NCBI GenBank assembly: GCA_009914755.4
Contig: CP068257.2
Span: 17,248,001-17,312,000, forward strand
DNA length: 64,000 nucleotides
From: the human T2T-CHM13v2.0 reference genome, Homo sapiens
Reading direction: 5' to 3'
In this document: one piece after another, positions 13,408 to 25,760 of the stretch
Numbering within the stretch: position 1 is the first letter of the stretch
Layout of the letters: the number at the start of each line of letters is the position of its first letter
The notes under the pieces: model-generated
What the model was told of the DNA's origin: nothing
Databases searched by the model: none
The model's input: the letters and a program-made list of their open reading frames with translations, nothing else
Program-made: the position numbers and the translations under genes

Positions 13408-16400
13408 CTGAATTAATTTTTTTTGAAATTACATAGACATACAAAGACAAAGTGAATTTCACTACAGCATAGTACAGAGAAGCATGACAATTACAATTTA
13501 TATATATATGTGTATGTGTACATGTGAAGCACTGTACTTAATATGATAGAGAATAACTGATACATCCAAATGACCACAAAGAAAATGTTAAATAATACAC
13601 TTATTTTGCAAGCCTCTAGGGAAACAAGCACTTTAATATATTAAAGGTGGGTGTGCAACTTGGTACAATTCTTAGGATTGAAAATATCTGTAGATGTTTG
13701 GAAATATCTGTAACATTTTCTAATGTATGTACCTTTTCATATCTGAGAACTCACTTGAAAGATGTAATTGCATGCATGAAATGACATTAGTACAAAATTA
13801 TTCATTGTAGCATTGCTTGTATTAACAAGAGATTGGGAACAACTATGTTGTCAATGCTTGGGTTCTGGTTATATACATAAATTCAAATTTACACAAAAAG
13901 ATACAGTAAAACACAATAAAATACAATGAGGAAGCCATTTCTGTTTTGATATAGAGAGGTCTCAAATATTTTATTGAGTGATATAAGCAGAATAATGTAC
14001 AGAGTTGTGTATTTTATTGAGGAAAGGAGGACAACTGAGAATATATGCTTGTATTTTACTACATATACCTTTAAAGAAATCTGGAAGAAAACAGAAATCC
14101 TAAGACACAGTGTTCTCTTGGGTGTGTTATGATGGGAGAGTTGCCGATGTTGAGAAAATGTGCTGTTTTGCACAGAAATGAGTGGCTGACTTTTCAGTGC
14201 ATGCTTTTTTATTTTAATTACTTAAGTAGTTGGATGTAAGAATAGTAAAATTAAATGAAAATTGAGGTAAAATATAATTAAGATCTCTGCATATAATTTA
14301 TGTCTTGAAACCTTTGATTATAAAGTGTTTCCTAGACCCTTTCACAGAAAAATCTCCATATAGCTATTAATAAGAGGAAAATCCATTAGCACACGAATAA
14401 CAGATTGTGAATAAAAAGCTGAACAAATACTCATCTCCATTGCTGAATTCATACTGTGCAGTGTTGCATACCTTAATCCTTGTCGCTTTATTACAATGAC
14501 AAAAAAAGTTGCACGCAAACAGTGAAATAAAATGTCAAGATATTTCTGCCTGGAAGGAGAAATCATGCAAAGATTGTCTATTTGTGTTCTTTAAGAAAAC
14601 ATCACCAGGACAGAAAAAGAAAGAAATCCAAGCTTTCTCAGTAGGACAAAGTTTGAGGAATCTGGCTTAAAAAGTCTATTCTCTCCGGCTGTCATCTCAA
14701 CAACAAAAAATACCCATTCTACACTTAAGTTGAATTTTTCTTGCTTGCTTTCAGCAAAGATAGAGTCATTTTTAATAAAAGGTTTTTATTTTAGTTTTAG
14801 CTAATTATTTGTGATGCCTTCTTCATACACTGTATCCTATTCCAGCAGAAAATCTACTTGGATTTATAGCTGAAAAAATTGTGATACACACATTACCTTT
14901 GATCATTATTTTTCATAATGATAGTCAGCACTAAAATTCCTACATTATAGAAGCTTAGAGGAACAATTCAGTCAGCAAAGGGATGAGTGTGTAGGAGATG
15001 ATTTTGAATCAGTAGTTACTTAGAAAAAAACTACTTTTACTTAGATTGTTCATTTGAGATGGCTAGAAAGAGGCAGATAAAATACATGGTGTTTACAAAG
15101 TATCGTAGTAACTCAATGAAAGTCTTTGAATGCATTAATAAAGATGGAAATATTGTAAATAAGAGTAACATGAAATTTGACAACTATCAAATGTCCGTTT
15201 GAGGTAGTGACTCATGTATAGCTGTATAATATGAACCTCCTTTACTGCATATAGCTGAAAATAAGTAGTAGGAAAAATAATTTTTTTTCATTTTTAATGG
15301 TTTATTTCTTCTTGAATATAAGGATATGTGAGCTCCATCAACAAAAATGCAGTGACTAACAGAAGACAAAGGTAGATAAATGAAATAGATTTGACTTGTC
15401 ATTTGTTTTCATAGATTCAGATTTCCTGTGTGTTCCCTTTATTTGAAAAGTTTTAGTAGTGTTGTCACACTTCTCTTAGGTTTTAAAAATTAGTTTGAAA
15501 TTTAAATAAACATAAGTCTAATGCTTTGAAGCAATAGAAATGATTATTTGGTTTGTAATTAATGCAGTTGTTTACCATTACTTTTTATAATATTTTACTT
15601 AATGTAAGGAATATGATGCTTATTAAACATGAACTATGTATCAGAGTTAGCATGTATATTATTTATTTAATCTTGAAAGGTAAATATACATTCACCCACA
15701 CAGAATGAATAGGGGAAATTGCAAATGTATTGTATGATTTGCCCATACTCTGTGAATCAAAACTCGTTCACACTCTTAAGCTTAGTGTCTATGGAATATA
15801 GTGACCTATTGTGTAAATGATGTCACCCTTTCTTTTATTGTTTTATCATTTAATGTTTTATTTACTTTTATGAGATTTTTCACGACTGGAAGAGTGCCTT
15901 AAATATATTTTTCAATTATTTTATTTAAAATAATACCTTTAATAGAGCTGTCATACTTTTAATGGTTTGTCAAATCAATCAGTAACAATCTGTCCAAAAG
16001 CATTCTGCTTGTCTATCCCAATTATTACCAGTGTGTCCAGTGAGCAGGTGAAATGTATAATCTGAGAAACTTAAATGAAAAAACAGTAATAGTTCTATTT
16101 TATTCTCAAATAAGCAAATCCAAATTACTCTTTTTGTATGTTTTCCAACTATTCAATTTGGAGTATGCAATTATATTTGTTTTACTGGCAAAGAGACAAT
16201 AGCAATGTAACACATCTCAAATAGGATATCTGATGAATTTATTGGTAAAACAAAACATTAGTTCATAAGTGTATTTGGAGGGTCGAGCTATTTCCAAAAG
16301 TCTAAACAATCAAAAAGGTAACCAGAGTACTCTTTTACTATTGCTTTCCAATGTTTCTCCAAAGAATTGGAATTATATTTATTTAGAGTTCAATCTAATA

Positions 16401-19400
16401 CCAAAAAAATTAAGAAAAAAGTTATAATAGTCTAGTTGTAGGTTAAATCATTATTTTTTAACATAATTAAACATTCAAAACTAATAAAGCATTATTTAAA
16501 TATTAGCAATCTGAATCATTTCACTGACTATTCTAGATAACTATGTAATGTGTTTGGTTTCGTGAAATGTTTATATAAATGAATAATTTATAAAAGGTAT
16601 AATTAATATAAATAACAATACAATACACACTCAAATATTCACTATCTTAAGTGTTGTATTCCCAGTATCTCAGAAACTCCTTGTAGAACACTTTTCATTT
16701 GTAGCTGCTGTTCTCATTCCATGAATGAAAGCCTGTTTATATTAGAAATTTTTGTTTAGAAATAATATTTATAGTTTAGTAATTTTGAAATTTATATTTA
16801 AATACAGTCATGTTGTGTGCAATGTTTTGTGATTTGGCTGCTTTTTCCAACATTGGTTTTGTGACGTTTCTTCAGGTTGATTTCTGTAACTACAGTTTTT
16901 TCTTTTTTTTCTGCATTTTATGTTCGGTCTACTCTTGACACTCATTTAAGGGGTGTGAACGGGTTTTTTGTTTGGTTTGTCACCTCTTTTGTTTTTAACC
17001 CCAACTATTTCTAAGAAAAGCTCCTTTGTACATAACTCCTAGATTATATACACAGGAGTTTGTTTAGAATTGGAGTTGCTGGGCTGCATATATTTAACTT
17101 TAGTGGATGAACTGGGCTAAAATAGATACCTCTCCGTATTTATTGATGTCAGAATCTTGGCTACTGGTTCAGTGGAGAACCTCAGTCATTGTCTCATCTC
17201 CAAAATCATTGTGCTCAACTTGGTAGTTGTCACTTTAGCTAGAGGTTTTGGGACTAATCCAGCCAGATCACACAAGGCCTGAAGGGCCTTTCTACTCCTC
17301 TGAAGTGCTCCACATTTTGTACAGACTGAGATGCCTTTTGATCAAGAAAAGACAGGAGACGGGGCTTAAAAGAACACATTTCTCACGCTCTGTCTCTCTT
17401 AATAGTCTTTTCTTCAGTGTAGTGGGTTCATAAAACTTCTCCAGAGAAAATTTACTTCACTGAGCAAACAGCAGTATTTCCTGGGAGGTTTCAGTGCCGC
17501 TCTACATTACTTTACTCTCTTCCTTCCTCGCTTCCCTATTTCCTTCACTCTTTATTGAGCTAAGACTTTAAGTACACCAAACTCCCTCTAAAATAAAATG
17601 CTCCACTTTCACATGAACCGGCAGTGAGCAACAGATCGATTCCTCCATTACCTCCTTCACACTCTCCATAATCTAATTTCTAGTTTTCTACCAACATCAA
17701 GGACTTAAAAATGGCACTTAATTTTAATTTCAGATTGCATTTTTCTGGGTATTACCAGTGTCGAAAGTTTATAGACTATTCCTGTCTCTTCCATGGGATC
17801 TCAGTTCATGATGCTTGCATTTCTTTCTTTCTGGTTGTTTGTCTTTTTCTTTTGTTTTTTAATTTCTATGTTTTTTTCATATTTATATAATGTAGATATT
17901 AATGTTTCATCAGTTATTTGATTAATATAGCTCATCCTGATTTACTATTTGTACAGTCAGCCCTTTAAATCCCTGGGTTCTGCATCCATGAATTCAATCA
18001 ATTGCAGATTCAAAATATTCAAATAAAATTTTGCAAAATTTCAGAAAGTAAAACTGGAATTTGTCAGACACTGAGTCCTGTGCTGAGCTCATGTAAATGA
18101 AATGATATGTAGGCATTGTATTATTTATTACAAGTTGACCTAGGGATGATTTAAAGTATACGGGAGAATGTGTAGTAGGCTACATGTAAGTACTATTGCC
18201 ATTTCATATAAGGGACTTGAGCACCCACGGATTGTGGTGTCTGCAGGGGGAGAGGGAGAGTGGGCCCTGGAAAAAAGAAATCTCCCATAGATATAGAGGG
18301 GGGATGACTGTATTTTTACTTTTTATGACATATGCTAAAACAGAAATTTGTAACTTTAATGTTGATAGATTTATCAATGTATTTCTTTATATTTTATATG
18401 CTTGTTTCTTTTGAGAAATCACCTGCCGTTTCAAAATTGTGGATTACTTCTTATTGTCCTCTAAAGTTTTATAATGTACCTTTCACATGTAAGTATTTAG
18501 TCCAACTGGAGTTGATTTTCTGCTTGTGGCTTAAGGTGGAGCTAGAAGCCTTGCATCCTTTATTATAAAGTTGATATTATACCCACCTATTGTCAATGTC
18601 CACTCTGATATAAATCAAGTTAAGATTATGTTTATTTATTCTATATTCCATACAGCAGCCTGATGTTCTAATTTTGTTCCCAAACTCCACTGTCTTATTT
18701 AATAATGCTATATATAAAACGAGGTGTAATATCTTTTAAGTACAGTCCTACCACATCATTTTTCTTTCTCTATTTTACTGCCTGGAGGTTCAGAAGCCTT
18801 CTTGAAATGATGAACATAGCTGAAGAGAGTGTGACCCTAATGTCAGTGAGCTGCTGAGTGACTGTCACCATATGCTTATCTCAAGATTTCTCAGTAAACC
18901 ATGAGAAAAGGAATTCTGTTTTAAAGCCAGTGTTATTTGAAACGTCTGTTACATGCTGCCAAATGTATCCTTAATTGACAAAACCATTCTGGGAGAATAA
19001 TTTCTAGATTCTGAAAGGTGCTTTTTACTCAGGGCTAATGCCCAGCCACAACACACATTTCAACTAGTGACTTAAACCTAGTGGACATTAAAAGTTTCAG
19101 AGTCAATGTCCCCTGTGGTTTGTTGAACTTTTTCATTGTCACTCACATTTTCTCTATTGCACAGTTTTCTACAGAATCACTCAAGATCTAGATGTTCCAT
19201 ATTCTTCCTAAGTACTTTTTCCATATCGAGCCTCTCCTGAGAAAATCTCAGAGAATAAATCTATGAAATGGCAGTTTGCCATGTTAATTTCAAAAACAAA
19301 AAATGTCTCCAAAGATTTTGTGATACTTTAAGCAAAAAAATCACAGATTTGAGATTTAAAAATAGATAAAAAATATGCCTTATAGAGAATAATGAACAGA

Positions 19401-19704
19401 TCTTACACTTATAAAAGATGTATTTGGGTAGTTAGGACATATCGAAGGGTGTCCAGAACAATGATGAGTAGCTGTATAATCTCACTTAAATTAGTCACAT
19501 AATTTCCTGGGAGTCCAGGATAGCTTCTTCCTAAATGAGAAAGTTTTACTCAGGTCTCGGTGGTTCTTATTTCTTTCATTGTCCAGTTGATACTGTTACA
19601 TTCTTTGAAAATGAATGTCACAGATTGTTTGTTTCGGCACAAATGCTGACCTACCACTTTCCTGCACCTTGTATTGTACCACTCTGTAGCAAACATTTGG
19701 CCAG

Positions 19705-19945
19705 TATTATAAATTATAGAGCCAGAAAGTAGAATAGTGGTTGCCAGAGGCTGAACTGGGGGCAGTGGGAATGCAGGATTATTATTTAGCCAGTGTAGAA
19801 TTTGAGTTTTACAATATAAAGAGTTCTGGAGGTGGATGATGGTTGTACAACTTTATAAATTTATTTAATGCCATCAACTATACACTTAACATGGTGAAGA
19901 TTGTAAATTTTATGATATGTGTATTTTATTGCAATAAAAAAGGGG
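19705..19945 (+). mobile_element. Short 3'-end fragment of an L1MA/L1MB-type L1 (+ strand) ending in an A-rich tail
   Basis: 'gccagaaagtagaatagtggttgccagaggctg..gggaatg...ggtggatgatggttgtacaactttataaatttatttaatgccatcaactatacacttaacatggtgaagattgtaaattttatgatatgtgtattttattgcaataaaaaagg' matches the characteristic L1MA/MB 3'UTR end. Confidence 0.7.
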
Positions 19946-19992
19946 CAACAAGAATTAACTGGTCTTTCTTAATGTTCCCAAGACTGTCATCA

Positions 19993-20338
<346 letters not shown>

Positions 20339-21640
20339 TCATACCTTGAGTGCAAGCCCACTGCATATAGGAGCTAACTTGAAATGTCATGTTCAAAAGT
20401 AGTTTATAAAACACTTAGAGATACTAGTTATCTTTCCCTTAAAATAGCAAGCTGGGGCACAGGCCAGCACAAACTGTTTTGTCTTTTAAGGGCCTCCATT
20501 AGAAGAAACTAAACACACATGTTCTTCAAAATAGTTAATTCTCTAAAAGTATCAGTCAGGAAACACCTATAATATGCGCAGTGTCTTCTCCTATGCATGG
20601 TTTAGGTTGCAATTTTCCCTCTAACCCAGGTTTCTCATTTATTCCATTACTAATTTTTCCTATATTTTCTAAGAAATTCTGGTTTGCTAATGGCTCCTTT
20701 TCTAGAAATTAACACTGTGGTAGATCTATTTTTGTTTATATCATTGCTATCATTTTAATGTGAGATTATGAGAAAAGAGTGACATTTCAAAAAAAAAGGA
20801 ACAAAAAGTATAGAAACATTAATGTACAGTTTAAAACACTGGGATAGTAAACGATGACCATTAACTTATTTGTCTTTGTAAAAATAAAAGAAAAAAAGTA
20901 CTAGAATTGTAAACACAGTAGTGGGGAAGTAAAATGTGTTTGGAAAGAAAGAGGAAAAAATTCAGTGCCTTATTGAAATAGAGAAAATTTTATATTTATT
21001 TGAAGAGTGCTCTCTCTCTCTCACTCATATAGTAGGTAGGAATAAAATAAATACTTAAGGTTACTTATATATTGAGGAAAATATTATGAGAGTTAATGAG
21101 CTATTTAATGACAGATTGTCACAATCTTTTCTCAATAAACTAGGAAATGACCTCAGCTTAATGAGAGTGAAGATTTTGGCATGAGAAGAAATGAGAGTTT
21201 AAGCAGGACAATGAGAGACTAATCAAAATATCAATGACCCACAACAAAAATCAAATTTAAATTGGAGATCATGAATCTGTAATTTATAAAGTTTTTATGT
21301 CTCTTCCTATTTTTCCAACAATGTTTTGTTCCTCTGGAGAGAGAGGCGATGAGAAGAGAGAGAATGCGGCTAGTGAGATATAAGTTAATTAATTCATTCC
21401 ACATTTTATTTCATTCAACAATTATTTAATACTTACGATAAGCTAGGCATGTTTAAACCAAAGCAAATGAGAAGCATTCTCTGTCAGCAATGAATTTTCA
21501 GTCTATCAGGCAACGGTTATTTAAAGAGGGTGATAGTATATTTTGTCAAATGTTTTTAAATAGTTATTTAAATGCAGGATTAAATTATTGATTAATTTGT
21601 AGAGAAAATACATTTTTGTTTTTAAAAATGTGTATCAAGC

Positions 21641-21985
21641 TGTGATATGGTTTGGCTCTGTGTCCCCACCCAAATCTCATCTCCAATTGTAATCCCCATA
21701 TGTCAAGGGAAGGATCTGGTGGGAGGTAATTGAATCATGGGGGCAGATTTCCCCCTTGCTGTTCTCCTGATAATGATTGCTCACAAAATCTGGTTGTTTG
21801 ATAAGTGTCTGGCACTTCCCCATGCTCACTCTCTCTCACCTGCCGCCATGTGAGACCTGAATTGCTTCCCATTCACCTTCCACCATGATTGTATAACTGT
21901 AAGTCAATTAAATCTCCTTTCTTTATAAATTACCAAGTCTCAGGTAGTGTCTTTATAGCAGTGTAAAAGCAGGCTCTAGTGAAAT
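21641..21985 (+). mobile_element. THE1-like MaLR solo LTR (family assignment from memory)
   Basis: 'tgtgatatggtttggctctgtgtccccacccaaatctcatctccaattgtaatcccca...gggaggtaattgaatcatgggggcag...cctgccgccatgtgagac...caccttccaccatgattgt...aaatctcctttctttataaattaccaagtctcaggta..tctttatagcagtgt' follows the THE1/MST consensus. Confidence 0.6.
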
Positions 21986-22426
21986 AATTTGAGCATTTTC
22001 AATTGTCAATGGTAATGTTATTTCATTGGAGTTTTCACAAATCAGTAGGAAAAATAAACTGCCCAAGATACATGGATTGAGTATCATGTTCGTAATTTCC
22101 ATGCAATGGACACAGGCCAGTCCCTGTGCAGATCTCTGAGAATTATGTTTTTATAGAGAAATGTTCTAAAGAAAATATATCTGGTACAATGTTTAAAAAT
22201 AATCTCTAAAAGATCATTTTCTAGATGAAAATAAGTTGAAATATATAAATTACTTCAGTTCAATGCTTTTATTGCCTTTCCTCTGATGAGGAGATGTAAC
22301 ACATTAAGAAAAAAAATCTTATGTGGTTTTCGTCCCAGGTTCCTGACACAGAGCTGCTAAAATTCTTGAGGTTTCCTGAGTAATGAGGGTGACAGGAACA
22401 CCTTACACAGAGCTCCTAAATCCCCT

Positions 22427-22526
22427 TGATGTGGTTTGGATCTGTGTCCCCACCGGAATCTCATGTTGAATTGTAATCTCCAACATTGGAAGTGGGATCT
22501 GGGGAAGGTGATTGGATCATAGAGGC
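22427..22526 (+). mobile_element. A second, truncated THE1-like LTR 5' fragment (~100 bp) abutting a partial Alu
   Basis: 'gatgtggtttggatctgtgtccccaccggaatctcatgttgaattgtaatctccaacattggaagtgggatctggggaaggtgattggatcatagaggc'. Confidence 0.55.
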
Positions 22527-22657
22527 AAATTAGCTGGGTGTGGTGGCGGGTGCCTGTAGTCCCAGCTACTTGGGAGGCTGAGGCAGGAGAATGGCATGAA
22601 CCCAGGAGGCAGAGCTTGCAGTGAGCTGAGATCCGCCACTGCACTCCAGCCTGGGCA
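22527..22657 (+). mobile_element. Partial Alu (right monomer only)
   Basis: 'ttagctgggtgtggtggcgggtgcctgtagtcccagctacttgggaggctgaggcaggagaatggcatgaacccaggaggcagagcttgcagtgagctgagatccgccactgcactccagcctgggca'. Confidence 0.9.
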
Positions 22658-23178
22658 TTACTTTTAATGAAGGTGATTTTCTCTGGTGGTATGTTTTAAT
22701 TTCGTGGTTTTTATTTTTTGTGTATCTGTTGCATGTTTTTGGATTTGAGGTTACCATGAAGCTTGCAAATACCTGACATTGTTGATGATAACGCTGTTTG
22801 CATAAACAAACTAACAATCAAGCAAAGAGAAAACATTAAAAACTCTATACTTTTTATCTTTTGGTGTTTCTACTTTTATTGTACTGTCTATGTTTTGAAA
22901 AATTGCTGTAATTATTGTTTTTCATTAGTTCATCTTTTAGTCTTTCTACTCAAGATATGAGTAGTTTACATACTACAATTACTATTTTATAACATTCTGT
23001 GTTTTTCTGTGTTCTCACTATTACCTGTGAGTTTTCTATCTTCAAACAATTTCTCATTGCTTGTTAATGTCCTTATTCTTTCAGATTGAAGGACTCCCTT
23101 TAGCTTGCCTTGTAGTACAGGTCTAGCATTGATGAAATCCCTCAGCTTTTGTTTGTCCAGAAAAGTTTTTATTTCTCC

Positions 23179-23873
23179 TTAATGCTTGAAGGATACTTTC
23201 ACTGGATATAACATTCTAGAATTAAAGGATTTTTTTGTCAGCACTTCAAATATGTCTGCCACTGTCTCCTGGGCTGTCAGCTTTCCACTGAGAATTCTGC
23301 TGCCAGAAATATTGGAGTTCCTCTGTATGTTATTTGTTTCTTTTCTCCTGCTGCTTAGAATTCTTTCTTTATCCTTGACCTTTGGGAGTTTGATTACTAA
23401 ATGTCTTGAGGTAATCTTATTTCGGTTAAATATGTTTGGCATTCTATAAATGTCTTTTGTTGAAATGTTGATATCTTTCTCTATGTTTAGGAAGTTCTCT
23501 GTTCTTATCCCATTTCTACTTTCTATCCTGATCAATCTGTCTACCTCCTCTTTAAGATTAGTAACTCTCAGATTTGCCCTATTGAGGCTGTTTTCTAGAT
23601 CTTGCAGGTGTGCATCATTCTGTTTTCTTTTGTTTCCTCTGTGTACTTTCAAACAGACTGTCTTCAAGCTCACTAACTAATTATTTCTTGTGCTTGATCA
23701 ATTCTGCTGTTAAGAGACTCTGATGCATTGTTTAGTATGTCAATTGCATTTTTCAGCTCCTGGATTTTTGTTTGTTTTTTTTTTTTTATAATTTCAATCT
23801 CTTTGTGAAATGTATCTGATGGAATTCTGAATTTCTTCCCAGTGTTATCTTGAATTTCTTTGAGCTTCCTCAA
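23179..23873 (-). pseudogene. L1 ORF1p remnant split by a frameshift into two ORFs (66 aa N-terminal coiled-coil part and 164 aa C-terminal part)
   Basis: 164-aa ORF: ..RILSSRRKETNNIQRNSNISGSRILSGKLTAQETVADIFEVLTKKSFNSRMLYPVKVSF ~ L1 ORF1p 'RMLRAAREKGRVTLKGKPIRLTADLSAETLQARREWGPIFNILKEKNFQPRISYPAKLSF'; 66-aa ORF is lysine/glutamate-rich coiled-coil like the ORF1p N-terminus. Confidence 0.85.
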
Positions 23874-24339
23874 AACAACTATTTTGAATTATCTGTATAA
23901 AAGGGCATCTATTTCTTTCTCTCTTGGATTGTTTACTGGTGCCTTATTTAGTTCGTTTGGTGAGATCATGTTGTCATGGATGACCTTGATGCTTGTGAAT
24001 GTTTGTCAGCATTGAAGAGTTAGATATTTGTGGGCCTTGAAGAGTTAGGTATTTATTATAATTTTTGCAGTCTGGGCTTATTTTACCTGTTCTTTCTAGA
24101 AAGGCTTTCCACATATTCGAAGGGGCTTGATTATTGTGATCTACATCTTTGGTCACTGCAGCCGTATCTGCATTAGGGGGCACCACGAACCCAGTAATGT
24201 TGTGGCTCCTACAGACTCAAAGATGTCCTGCCTTGTGTAGGTCTTGTGTAAGATCTAGGAGAATTCCTTGATTATCAAGCAGAAACTCTTGTTCTCTTCC
24301 CTTACTTTTCCCCAAACAAATGGAGTCTCCTTCTCTGTG

Positions 24340-25760
24340 ATGAGCTGCTTAGAGCTGTGAGTGGGATGACACAAACACACCTGTAGCTACCACCACTGGG
24401 ACTGTGCTGGGTCAGACACAAAGCCAGCCTAATGGTCTTGCCTAAGGCCAACAATGACCACTGCCTGGCTACTGCCAACGTTTATTCAAAGCCCAAGGTC
24501 TCTACAATCAGCAGGTGGTGAATCATCCAGGCTTGTTTCCTTCCTGTCAGGGCAATGAATTCCCCCCTGGTTAAAGATGGGCCTGTATATGCCAACTGGG
24601 AGTCAAGGCTTCAAGTCAGGAACCTTAGGAAACCTGGTGCTCTATTCTACTGTAGGTGAGCTGGTCCTCAAGACACAAGAAAAAGTCCTTTGCACTCTTC
24701 CCTCATCTTTCTTTAAGCAGAGGAGCCTCACCCTGTGGTGACCACTGCCCCGGGCCTGCAGTGAGTAGTGCCTGGATACTGACAATGTTCCCTTAAGGCT
24801 CCAAAACTCTTGAGTCAGCTTGTAGTAGTTGCTGCTATTCCTGAGTCTGTCTCTTTGAGGGAGTGGGCTTCTCTGTGGCCCAGAGAAGATCCAGAAATGT
24901 CATCCAGGAGTCAAGGCTTAGAATGGGGAACCCTAGGAGTCAGCTTGGTGCTGTACCACACTGTGGTCAAGCTGGTACCCAAGCTGCCATACAAAATCCT
25001 CTTTACTCTTCTTTTTCCTTTCTGATTGCAGAAGGAGTCTCTCCTTGTAGCCACCACAGCTTAAAATGCACTGCATAACACCTGAAACCAGCACAGCATT
25101 GAGTCTCACCCAAGGGCCTGTGGTGCACACTGCCTGACTATCACTATTGATTATTCAGTGCCAACGGGCTCTTAAATCAGCAGATGATGAATTCTGCCAG
25201 GATTGGGTCCTTCCCTTCAAGGCAGTGGTTTCCCTTCTGGCCCAGGGAGTGTTTAGAAATGTCATCTGGGAGTTAGGGCCTGGAATGGGGGACTCAGGAC
25301 TCTGCCTGGTGCCCTGTTCTTCTGTGGCTGAGCTGGTATCTAAATTGTAAGAAAAAGTCCTCTTTATTGTCCCCTCTTCTCTCCTCATCCAGAGGGAAGG
25401 AGTCTCCCAGAGCTGCCAGTTGCACTATGTGGGGCTGAGAGGGATGATACAAGTACTCCCTTAGCCACCCTGGCTGTTGTCTCGCTATGTCACATACGGC
25501 ACAAGTCCACAAGCTCTGAGTCCAGCACAGCACCAAGACTTGCCCAGAAAGTGTAGTCCCTGTGGCGTAGACAGCCTTCCAAGTTCATTTAGGATCCCAG
25601 AGCTCATCATTCACCAGTGGTGGCAGGGCTTGCTGGAACTCAGTTTCCAACCACTGGGATGGGTGATTTCCCTCTGGCTAGGGCTGGGCTGCCGGCTCCC
25701 TCCACTGGCACTTGCTGAGTTCTATTTCATGCTGCTTTCCACTGCTACAGGCAGCACATA
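24340..25760. repeat. Three to four tandem, diverged ~310-370-bp units inside the L1 5'UTR (monomer-like organisation)
   Basis: Recurring blocks, e.g. 'tatgccaactgggagtcaaggcttcaagtcaggaaccttagg' (24586), 'gtcatccaggagtcaaggcttagaatggggaaccctagg' (24897), 'gtcatctgggagttagggcctggaatgggggactcagg' (25263), each followed by 'gct(g/c)g..(c/t)t(a/g)..ctgt(a/g)g..gagctggt' and '..gagtctc(c/t)c..'. Confidence 0.6.

Noticed and set aside
23179-23673. 164-aa minus-strand ORF, the longest in the window; could look like a gene
   Set aside because: It is the C-terminal two-thirds of L1 ORF1p. It is preceded by a frameshifted N-terminal piece (23673-23873) and embedded in an L1 with a truncated ORF2, so it is a retrotransposon remnant and not a host gene.
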